From assembly GCF_026210795.1 (NCBI RefSeq), contig NC_089436.1:2108001-2172000 (forward strand): a stretch of DNA of 64,000 nt. The letters are read 5' to 3'. A program made the position numbers and the translations under genes. Below, one piece after another: positions 53,993 to 64,000 of the stretch. This stretch comes from Rhizophagus irregularis. Its lineage: Eukaryota. Each line of letters starts with the position of its first letter. Positions within the stretch are counted from its first letter, which is position 1. Under the pieces are notes generated by a model that searched no databases, was not told the DNA's origin, and saw only the letters and a program-made list of their open reading frames with translations.

Positions 53993-56562
53993 ATGGTAAG
54001 TAATTTTACTTTGTAAAATAATATATGTATTTATTAACTTAACTATTAATTATTTACAAGTAGACTGCAAGAATTTTTTACCATAATTATCCTAATGATC
54101 CTTATATATATGCTCAATACACTTCTGGAGGAAAAAATTTTTGTTCAAAATATAAGATAATAACACTCGGACATTACCCACAGAATATTAAATATACACA
54201 AAAAAATAACCATAATGCTGTTCAATATCCGATACCAGATGGATATAATGTGAAAACGGAAATTGCAGATCAAATGCTATGTTGTGAAACAAAGTATACT
54301 TTGGCAAATAAGGTTTTATACACTATTACATGGAAAGAAAGACGAGCAGAATGGATGGTATCTAGTGAGCGATCTGCTAGTGGGGCTGTAAATGAGTTCC
54401 TAAAGGTATCTTAATTATTTTGCGCAACACGTTTTATGCATTTTTACTATTTTATTAATTATTTTATATCAATGTAGAAAACTAATCGTAAAAAATCTCA
54501 AATTTCTGGAGTACATGTCTTTGGATTTGATATTAAAATATTGCATCAATTACGAATTGAACAACCTAGAGAACTATCAACTGATAAAATTACTATTGAT
54601 AAAAGAAAAAGACCACTTAATGAAATACAATCATTGTCACAGCAAAACAAACGATATGCATCATTTGGAAGAGATGCTTACAAGAAAGTTAAAAACCTTA
54701 TCTTAAAACATCGAATGGTCTCAGAATCTGAGGAGCCAATTTGTATACGTAGTATGGAATTAGAAAATGGGAATAATATCATTAATATAAAATATAATTC
54801 ATTATTGGATCTTACAAGGTTAGATGCATATGTACGTGTATGTGATGAGACCTTATTAAGTCGTGATGGGTATCGAAGGCTTGCAACTATAGAAGCACGA
54901 TTGATACGGGAGTATCAAGTTGCACATAGGCGAATTGAGATCACTAAATTAATAAATAACCAAATAAACATTGGAACATTTAATCTTGATAAAGGACTTG
55001 ATCAGCAATCTATACTTGATGATAATGATGAACCTCAAGGTAATCCTGATGGAATTATAGTTGATGAACAAGAAGTTGGAAATGGTGTTTATCGATCAGT
55101 CCGAACCCTTCTTCAAACACTTATTCCTATTTGGAATAAATCAGTTCCACCAATTCTACAATCAGGAGATACAATAAATTTAAAACTCAGTGGTGATGGA
55201 AGAAATGTGGGTCATAAACAGAATCATGTGATGCTAACTTTCTGTCTGTTAAATGAAAAAGATGAAGTGTTAAAGCCAGACTATCAATATTGGTAAGATA
55301 GAGTTTATAGCATATGTTTTTTTGTTAAAATAACTAAATAAGAAATAGTATTTGTCTTTATGTGGGAAAAGAAAAATACGAAACATTGGCCAAAGTTGGC
55401 CATTTATTCAAGCTTCAGCTTTTGGACCTTAAAGAAAATGGAATTTATGTTAATGGCATACACTGGCCAATTGAGTTTTTTCTTTCTAGTGATTGGAAGT
55501 TTATGTATAACGTAATGGGATTAAATGCACCAAACTCAAAATATTTTTGTTTATATTGTGAATGTGAATCTAATATTCGCTGGGACATGAATTTAAAGTG
55601 GCCAATTAATAAAAATACGCAATGTAAGTTTAAAATATTTTTATTAAATAAAGCATTTATTTATTATATTAACTTTAACATTTAGTTTAAAATTTTTTTA
55701 ATTATAGCTAAGAAAAAACCCGAATTATTTCCTGTTATCAAACAGAAAAATTACATTCCTGACGAACTACATTTATTATTACGTATCTCAGATGTATTGA
55801 TGGAATGTTTTTTTAATAACTTATTTAAAAAAAAGGAATTTGAACGGGTAATTAAAAGTCAAATCGAACAAACTATGAAATCTATTCAAGTACATTTTGA
55901 ATTTTTTAAGTCACAGGGTGGAAAATGGGATTGGACTTCGTTGATGGGACCTAATAAGAAAAAAGTTCTACAACATTTTCCAGTCACTAATTTTATCTCA
56001 GGAAGACGTGGTGAAGATATTCAAAAACTTTGGCGTGATTTTTACGATCTATATATGTTTATAAGACGAACAGATCTTAAGAATTCCGAGATTGATGATT
56101 TTGAAATTAAAGTAAAAGAATGGATTTATTTGTTTTGTAGGCCAAATCAAGGTCAGATAAATTCATCATCACAAGTACCAGGTTTATACAGAAAGGAAGA
56201 TGTCACACCGTATATGCATATCTTTTCGCAGCACATTCCTGAATTTTTGCGAATCCTTAAAGAAAAGAATTTGTCATTGCAGTTTTTTTTTGCTTCAAGT
56301 ATTGAAAAAAAAAATCATAACCAGGTAAATATAAATTATTAAATTATTAATTATTAAACAAACTTTAATTACTTTTAAATTTTTCATTTAGGTTCGGTTA
56401 TTTTTTGGTGGCACTACTATGGGTGGCGGGATTAAAGGAAAATCTGTAGTACAAGATATAATGGAATTTGAAAATCGTCAGCTATTTTATTTGCTTAATA
56501 ATACTTCGCAAGAAATCCAGATACGAAATATTAATGCAGAAGATAAAGAAAACAACAATTAA
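53993..56562 (+). CDS. RAG1/Transib/Chapaev-like DDE transposase with FYRN/FYRC-like N-terminus; 6 exons, 740 aa, uninterrupted
   Basis: Exons 53993-53995, 54064-54405, 54478-55292, 55349-55623, 55708-56324, 56392-56562 (2223 nt). Motifs KLSGDG, SDWKF..GL....SKYFCLYC, DELHLLLR, SLMG, TPYMH....H, SSIEKKNH. Confidence 0.85.
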
Positions 56563-56612
56563 TAAGGTAAAATTTTAAACTTACTATATTGATTTATATT
56601 CTGAAGTGGTGG

Positions 56613-57319
56613 TCACGGTAAAATATAACAAAACTTTCCTTTAATAGATTCTTCAGGTGATTTTTGATTATTCAATGTTGCTATTTGTTTCTCATTACTA
56701 TATTAAAAAAAAAAAAAATATGCATTTTAAAAATAGGTTTGCGTTATAAAACATACTTTTCCTGAAATTCTCCAGAATCAGTAATGAAATTACAGGTCAT
56801 TCTTCCCAACGTGAACTCTCTGTTATTCTCTGATAATGTCGTTTGATTCCACATAAATTTGACTTGATACGTATTTTCATAATCCTCAAGTAAAACATAA
56901 CCCTTAGTATTAGTAAAGGGATTCTGTCGGAAATTCCAATGATCATAGTGAAATATTTCCTTAAGTTTAGCTGCTCCTGCGAATCCTTCAAAACAACATT
57001 GATATTTGTGTTTAGCAGGACTATATTTAAACTTTTCTTCATTTTTAAAAAGATATACAAACACATTTTCTGGGAAAGTTTCGATAGAAAAACGTTTTTT
57101 CCCAATAGCATGACGGGAAAATCCAAGTTTTTTTTTAATAAGAACAATAAAAGAGTTAATATAGTAAGACATTTGTTCCGAAGAGGGTTGGGGAAGCGAA
57201 CAAAAGTGGGGTATTGTTTTGTTATGTGAATGTTTATTTCTTTTGTGAATAAGCAATTTTTGATAAGTCATAAAAGCTCTAAAACAAAGCTTGCAACTGA
57301 TAGAAGACTGGCTCGCCAT
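56613..57319 (-). CDS. C2H2 zinc-finger partner protein of unknown function; 2 exons (57319-56757, 56697-56613)
   Basis: CKLC..F....L..HKRNKH at the N-terminus. The homolog in copy 2 has the same phase-2 intron after DSGEF. The stop at 56613 is probably CGA>TGA (ILP*PPLQ vs ILPRSPLQ). Confidence 0.8.
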
Positions 57320-59352
57320 AACTACGACACGACCTCTGAAAAAAAACTAACTAATATCTGATCAGCTAATCAGAGTTCGTGATTATCACATTGTTGATCA
57401 AGGTGAAAGAATTGAAGATGAGCGAAATTAGCCCATATGAAAAACGAACGTTAATTAACGTTCGTTAAAATAAAATTAAAAAAATATTTTGAAGGTAAAC
57501 TTTACCTTCGAAATAAATGTCCAGAGCCGTTCTTTGGCGTCCAGGACCTATAAAATGTAAAAACGAACATTAATTAATGTTCGTTAAAATAAAATTAAAA
57601 AAAATATTTCAAAGGTAAACTTTACCTTTGAAATAAACGTCCGGAGCCGTTCTTTGGCATCCAGGACCTATAAAACATAAAAACGAACGTTAATTAACGT
57701 TTGTTAAAATAAAATTAAAAAAAATATTTTGAAGGTAAACTTTACCTTCAAAATAAACGTCCGGAGCCGTTCTTTGGCGTCCAGGACCTATAAAACATGA
57801 AAAACGAACGTTAATTAACGTTTGTTAAAATAAAATTAAAAAAATATTTCGAAGGTAAACTTTACCTTTGAAATAAACATCCAGAGCCGTTCTTTGGCGT
57901 CCAGGACCTATAAAACGTAAAAATGAACGTTAATTAACGTTTGTTAAAATAAAATTAAAAAAAATATTTCGAAGGTAAACTTTACCTTCGAAATAAATGT
58001 CCGGAGCCGTTCTTTGGCGTTCAGGATCTATAAAACGTAAAAACGAACGTTAATTAACGTTCGTTAAAATAAAATTAAAAAAAATATTTCAAAGGTAAAC
58101 TTTACCTTTGAAATAAACGTCCGGAGCTGTTCTTCAGCGTCCAGGACCTAAAAACATGAAAAACGAACGTTAATTAACGTTCGTTGAAATAAAATTGAAA
58201 AAAATATTTCGAAGGTAAACTTTACCTTCAAAATAAACGTCCGGAGCCATTCTTTAGCGTCCAGGACCTATAAAATGTAAAAACGAACATTAGCGACGTT
58301 CGTTAAACAAAAATATAAAAAAAAATTTTGAAGGTAAAGGTTTTACCTTCGAAATAAGAGTCCGGAGCCATTCTTTGGCATTCAGGACAAGAAAATAATA
58401 AACCGAACGTTGGACAACGTCCGGTATATAAAAAATATTAGTTTCGAAGTTTTACCTTCAAAATAGAGTCTGGAACTGGTACTTTCAGCGCTCTGGACTT
58501 ACAAAAAAAAAAATAAAACGAACTTTAGCTAATGTTTCGTTAAATTTTTTTTTTTGAAATGGAGTCCAGGACGTACCTTTTGTGTTCTGGATTAATAAAA
58601 CAAACATTTTCTAACGTTCGTTAAATAATACTAATATCAAAGTTTGAAATAGAGTACCTTCGGCGTTCTGTAAAATGTATTTTTTGAAGGAGATAAAGGA
58701 GTCCGACATCTTTTTAGTCCGAATCTCCTGCATGTTGCAGATTATATGCCGAATGTTGGACGAATTTGCCTTAAAGACTCCGAACCTTGCAAATAAATTT
58801 TTTTTTTAAAAAAAAATTTCTTTGATAAGTTTCAAAGCTTAAAAAACTATAATAGAAATATTTTTTCTTTGGAATCTTTAACAGATTATTTCCTAAAAGG
58901 TGTTGTAGAAAAAATTATTTCACTTCTTTAGTAATAAGTGTTGTAGAAAAATTTTTTTTTTAAAGTCTTGTAAAGTTTTTTTTTTAAAGAGTATTGTAAA
59001 AAAAATTAAATCAAGTTAGAGTTAATCAAAGTTTAAATATTAAATCAATGATGAAATTGCAGATCGAACTGATATTTTAATGAAAAAAAAGCAAAAATCT
59101 GCAAAATTGCAGACTTCTGCATAAATTTCACATAAAAAAAAGCAGAAATCTGCAAAATCGCAGATTACTGCAGAAATTCATACATAAAAAATCAGAAACT
59201 TGCAAAATTGCAGATTATTGCATAACTTTGTAAAAAATAAAAAGCAGAAATCTGCAAAATCGCAGACTTCCGCATAAATTCACAAAAAAAATGCGGAGAT
59301 CTGCTAATTTTACAGATCTCTGCAGTTCTGCATCTTAAAAAATTTCCCGATG

Positions 59353-60331
59353 TTAGAATCCTTAAGTTTTAATACCCATAATTTTGTATCAGTTTAAATA
59401 CATGCTATTATTGCTTGAATGACTTCGTATATAGTATTGCAAGTGAATTTTTCTTTTGTATCACACATGTCAATTAGATCATCCCAAATGAAGGATTTTA
59501 CGTTTCAAGTTTTTGATCCTGATTGGCACAGTAGCAATAAAATCTATATATTTTATTTTTTCATATAATATAGACATTTTTATTAATATGCTTCCGATTA
59601 CATAATGGGCAGTATGATAGAAAGTTGCAAATTAATAGGAACAAGTCTGAAATATTATTTGAGGAAGGTGAGAGAGTTATACCCTTTGACACAATTATCT
59701 TTAAGTAACGTTTTCACAAATTCAAATTCTGCTTAATTCGTTTCATCATTAGTATCATTACACCCTTTAGCTTCTAGTTTTGAAACAATTAAGAGAGGAT
59801 TTTCTGCGATTTCTAATTCATCATTTGGCAAGCGAATCATGAAGTCAAAAATGGTTCTATCTTTTGGATGTATTGCTTTTTTCACATGAACGTACTTCTT
59901 TATTTTTTCATTGTACTTGAACAAACTAAGCATTCGCAAGGAAAATGAACGTTTATTTACAATATTATTTATAATATTATTTTCCTGAAGAGACGCTAAA
60001 AGTTTCTTATGAACAAGTTCAGTAAATAATGCAACTTGAACATCAATAATTTTAAGTCTCATACTGAAAGTGAAGATATGGAGAGACATTTTTTTGCATT
60101 ACTACTACTGGCAATAGTTGTAGTTTTACGATCCCAGTCTGAAAATATATCTTTACACATTTTTGCAAAAGCGCAGACAAGTGAATTTTGTATCTCTTTG
60201 CCTATTAGTTTAGGTTCAATAGAATTATATATCTCTCGTGGCAAATCAAAGTCTATAATAGGCTGGAATGGCTCATTTCCATCAATAAATTCGTGTAAAA
60301 AATATAATTGTTTCCGAAATTCAATTGGCAA
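59353..60331 (-). pseudogene. Archaeo-eukaryotic primase (PrimPol-like) part of the decayed primase-helicase gene
   Basis: LHEFIDG..PIIDFDL (DxD motif), K.SLH, SLRML and a decayed Cys-containing segment, frameshifted; continuous with 48308-49034 across the insertion. Confidence 0.75.
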
Positions 60332-60652
60332 ATCTGAAATCCAAAATTACAAAATCGTAATTAATTACGTATTCCGAAATTCTGAAATTTGCATAATAGT
60401 ACGAAATTGCGAATATCTCGGGATATAGTGATCAGATTTCGATGATCTTACTACCATTCGATTCATCTTATCGAGACGAATCTAATGATATGTGTTTCAT
60501 TTCTATAGCACCGATATTAATGGAGTAAAATTACTATAAACATTTAATAAATTTTGGTGTCGAAGCACGATCTAGTGATTAGATTTGAATGAATTTACCA
60601 CCATTCGATTCATCATAACGAGACGATTCTAATGGCGGTAAGATTATCTTTC
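60332..60652. repeat. Fragment of a gtctcNNNgagac-motif repeat element, target of transposon copy 2
   Basis: ccattcgattcatcttatcgagacgaatctaatg (~60453) and ccattcgattcatcataacgagacgattctaatggcggtaagat (~60601). Confidence 0.65.
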
Positions 60653-61100
60653 CATATGGGCTGATTTGAATCTGATCACATAGTAAATTTGGGTGATAAG
60701 ATCAGGTGTAACGTGATACTATTATGCATATAAGCTGCATATCATAGTAAAAATTTGTGACTTTATCATGAAGAACCAATCTTCGTTAAATCAAAACAAC
60801 TGTAATCGCGAGTTGCAAATTGGTTTCAGATTGGTTTTTGCTGCATCGCAAAGAGTTAGGGAAAAAACTTTTAAAAAGTTTTTCGCTATAAAGTTAGTTT
60901 TGCTTGTAATAATAAAATATTTTTACGCGTATTCTGTATTAAAATGGCGTATGTGTTAGGGTCAAGTCAAGAAAATAACTGAAGTAACCAAAGTGAAACG
61001 CTATTTTTTATAAACGGTACTTTTTTTCTTTAATTATAATTAAACTTGGGATTATATAGTTAATATATTACCAAATACTTTCTAATAAAATATTATTTAG

Positions 61101-63598
61101 ATGGCTATTTTACGAGAAATTTTTCTTATCAATATCCTGCAAGTTCTTTTATAACATCACAATACATATCAGGAAACCGACCCTTTTATTTTTGGTATAA
61201 AGTAGTGTCTTTAGGATATTATCCAACACCAGTTAAACTTACACAAAAAAATTCTAAAGATTGTATTCAATATCAAATACCTGATAACTATAGTGTTGAA
61301 ACTGAAGTTTCTAAAATGAAGATCCGTTGTGAAACAAAGTATCAACCAAATGGAAAAGTAAGGTTTACAATTGTGTGGAAAGAAAATAGATCAGAGTTGA
61401 GTATATACAGTGATCGCTCTGCAACTAGTGTTGTTAATGCGTTCTTAAAGGTATTATTATTATTTTTTTTTCAAAACTGAACTTTTAATAATTATTTTTA
61501 TTGATCTTATTAATTATACAGAAAAATAATCGCTCAAATTCTAATTTATCGGGAGTATACATTTTTGGGTTTGATATTGGACGATTGCATGAATGTCGCT
61601 TAGAAACAATGGGTGCTTCTATTACATTAGTTAACAAAAGAAAAAGGCCTCTAACAACGATTCAAACCATCTCAGGGCAAAATAAAAGATTTGCATCTTT
61701 AGGCAGAGAATCTGGAAAGGCAATTAGATCTTTGATTAAAAAACATCAATTGACTGATGAAACTAATCAACCAATTATTCATATTCATAAAATTGAATTG
61801 GATTTTAATGGCGAAAGTATTATTTTAACTTACAATCTACCTGATAATAAAAATGAACTTACAAAAATAGATGCTATTGTTAGAGCTTGTGATGAATCAT
61901 TGTTAGCACGTGATGGATATCGGCGGCTTGCTGCAGTTGAAGCATTTCTTATACGTGAATATTTGATAGCTAATCGTAGGGTTGAAATTACAAATCTTAT
62001 TAATAAAGATCTTAGAATTGGAACATTTAACATCAATAAAAGTGATAATGATCTGTTAATCATTTAGAATCTGATGATGGTATAATAGTTGATGAGGCAG
62101 AAATTGGAAATGGTGCATACAGGTCAATTTACACGATTTTACAAACTTTAATACCATTATGGAAAGAATCATCTCCTGCAATCATCAATTCTGGTGATAT
62201 ACTTAAACTTAAGCTTGGTGGAGATGGTCGCAATGTTGGTCGTAAGCAAAGCCATGTAATGATGACGATTTGTCTTTTAAATGAAGGAGAAGAAGTCTTA
62301 AAACCTGAACATCAATACTGGTAATAAATTTATTGTGATTTAATAACCAAAAATTAATTTAAATTATTAAATTTTTTTTTTTTAGCATTTGTCTTTATGT
62401 TGGACGAGAAAAATATGATGACCTTGCTAAGATAGGAAAATTATTTCAACATCAGCTTCTTGATCTCCAAAATAACGGAATATATGATAAAGATGGGAAT
62501 CATTGGCCAGTGGAATTGTTTTTTTCTGGTGACTGGAAGTTTATGTATATAATAATGGGATTGAACGCCCCAAATTCGAAGTATTTTTGTTTATATTGTA
62601 ACTGTCAATCTGAGTTACGCTGGGATATGGAACAAAATTTTGAAAATTCAGGAAATCATGCCTGTAATGTTAAAGGTTTTTTTTTCATGATTATTTTATT
62701 ACCAATTAATTAAAACTATGAATATTTACTAATAATTAGGTGAAAATAGAAAACCAGCATTATTTCCTGCAATAAATCAAGAAAATTATATTCCTGACGA
62801 ATTACATCTACTTTTGCGCATTGTTGATGTTTTGATGGAATGCTTTTTTAATGATGTAATTAAAAAAAAAGAGTTTGAAAAAAAATTAAATTAGAGATTG
62901 AACAAGCAATGCAAAACATTAAAGTTCATTTTGAGTTTTTCAAGTCAAGATCTACTAGTGGAAAGTGGGATTGGACTTCTTTAATGGGTCCTGATAAAAA
63001 GAAAGTATTGGAACATTTTCCAATTTCTCAATTTATTTCTGGCACTCGTGGACAAGAAATTGAAAAACTATGGAAGGAATTTCTCCGGCTTTATAAAGTT
63101 TTAAGAAAACCTTTTCTTTCAAACCAAGAAATTGATGCGTTTGAAATTGATGCCAAACAATGGATCCGTACCTTTTATTGTGCAACTGAAGGACATCCCA
63201 ATTCAATATCACATAAACCTGGATTATATCGCAAACAAGATGTAACCCCTTATATGCATGTTTTCGCACAACACATGCATCAATTTATGCGCTAATTAAA
63301 GATGAAAAACTTATCATTACGATATTTTTCTACTTCTAGTATTGAAAGAAAAAATCACGATCAGGTAATTTGTAAATTTATTTAAAAAGGATATTTTATT
63401 ACATATATTAATATTAATAGACCTTTTAATTAGGTTCAGTTATTTTTTGGTGGTACCACTATGGGTGGTGGAACTGAAAAAAAATTGGTAGTATATAATA
63501 TTATGTCTTTTGAAAATCGTCAACTTTATTACTTAGTTAACAAAACTCCCAAAGAAATTAATACTAGGAATATTGATTCTAACAAAAAAGTAAATTAA
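61101..63598 (+). pseudogene. RAG1/Transib-like transposase of copy 2, disrupted
   Basis: KLGGDG, GDWKF..FCLYC, DELHLLLR, TPYMH, SIERKNH with equivalent intron positions to copy 1. Frameshifts near 62055 and 62880 (A-run) and a TAA at 63293. First exon unresolved. Confidence 0.88.
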
Positions 63599-63602
63599 AA
63601 TA

Positions 63603-64000
63603 TCATACATAGTGCTTTTGATCTAAGAATAATTGTTGAAGAGGAGAGCGTGGTAAAATAATTCTATATTGTGATTGATTATTTTTGGTAGTAGGCGTTG
63701 TAATATGACTTTCGGATTCTTGTAATTTTTTTTCGTCATTTCTAATAAAAAGTAATAAATACTTTAATTCATATAAATTTTGCACATAAAATTTAAAAAC
63801 TTACTCGTTTACAAATTCTCCCGAATCTGTTGTAAAAGTGCAAGTGACAACACCACATTGAAATGTCCGGTTGTTTTCAACTAATTTGGTCTGTGTCCAA
63901 CTAAAAGTAACCTCATGACTTTCCTCATAATTCACAAATAGTACATATCCAGTTGTTTTTGTTATCAGATCCTGTCGACAACTCCAATGTTCATAATTCA
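63603..64000 (-). CDS. 3' part of the partner gene of copy 2 (exons >64000-63805, 63741-63603)
   Basis: YEHWSCRQDLITKTTGYVLFVNYEESHEVTFSWTQTKLVENNRTFQCGVVTCTFTTDSGEF aligns by eye with copy 1 YDHWNFRQNPFTNTKGYVLLEDYENTYQVKFMWNQTTLSENNREFTLGRMTCNFITDSGEF. Confidence 0.8.

Larger units (their letters stand above)
53691..57439 (+). mobile_element. 3.75-kb two-gene RAG1/Transib-like DNA transposon, copy 1
   Basis: TIRs catatgggct / agcccatatg cleanly interrupt an array unit (aaaaacatga|...|aaaaacgaacg). Contains convergent transposase and zinc-finger genes. TSD unresolved (one extra A). Confidence 0.9.
49500..58660 (-). repeat. ~120-bp tandem array (three segments: ~49500-50530, 51640-53690, 57440-58660); each unit is a ~42-nt exon-like block plus a ~78-nt GT-AG intron-like block on the minus strand
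   Basis: Consensus minus-strand unit TTTTATAG|GTCCTGGACGCCAAAGAACGGCTCCGGACGTTTATTTCGAAG|GTAAAG; about 35-37 units by manual count. Confidence 0.85.
49035..59352. mobile_element. 10.3-kb TIR element (CA..TG ends, 2-bp TSD; CMC/CACTA-Mirage-like) carrying a micro-exon satellite and two nested insertions
   Basis: Ends cattgggaaatttttt / aaaaaatttcccgatg with subterminal ctgc..gcag repeats and TT on both sides. Removing the element plus one TT restores the frame ..LKLKDS-N-GGLFFK.. of the interrupted primase-helicase. Confidence 0.88.
60653..64000 (+). mobile_element. Two-gene RAG1/Transib-like transposon, copy 2 (diverged; runs off the window)
   Basis: Left TIR catatgggctgat at 60653 is identical to copy 1; same gene order and orientation. 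Confidence 0.88.

Noticed and set aside
56613..57319. RAG2 homolog
   Set aside because: Position mimics RAG2L, but the protein is ~215 aa with a C2H2 finger and no kelch repeats or PHD finger.
52100..58400. CRISPR array (palindromic repeats at regular spacing)
   Set aside because: The would-be spacers are near-identical, units are ~120 bp, there are no cas genes and the context is eukaryotic. Better explained as an exon-intron tandem array.

Overview
Very AT-rich, intron-containing eukaryotic DNA. Short GT-AG introns and the gene and transposon families point to an arbuscular mycorrhizal fungus (Glomeromycotina, Rhizophagus-like); this assignment is inference. Host-type genes are few: the 3' end of a tail-anchored protein gene (to 567), an intact 7-exon ~1238-aa bacterial-type (M.TaqI/Eco57I-like) amino-DNA methyltransferase gene (19095-14271, minus) and a compact NOP2 gene (23741-25518). 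Most of the remaining identifiable sequence is nested mobile DNA: hAT and Tc1/mariner-pogo MITEs with clear TSDs, hAT transposase relics, palindromic fold-back elements, a tRNA-headed SINE plus a LINE 3' end at one target site, and a decayed virus-like PrimPol/SF3-helicase element. That element is split by a 10.3-kb CA..TG TIR element (2-bp TSD) whose ~120-bp satellite reads as ~35 micro-exon/intron units on the minus strand. Two diverged copies of a two-gene transposon (CATATGGGCT TIRs) encode a RAG1/Transib-like transposase with an FYR-like N-terminus, tail-to-tail with a conserved partner gene that carries a C2H2 zinc finger in copy 1; the transposase ORF of copy 1 is intact. Exon models were built by hand and no database searches were run.
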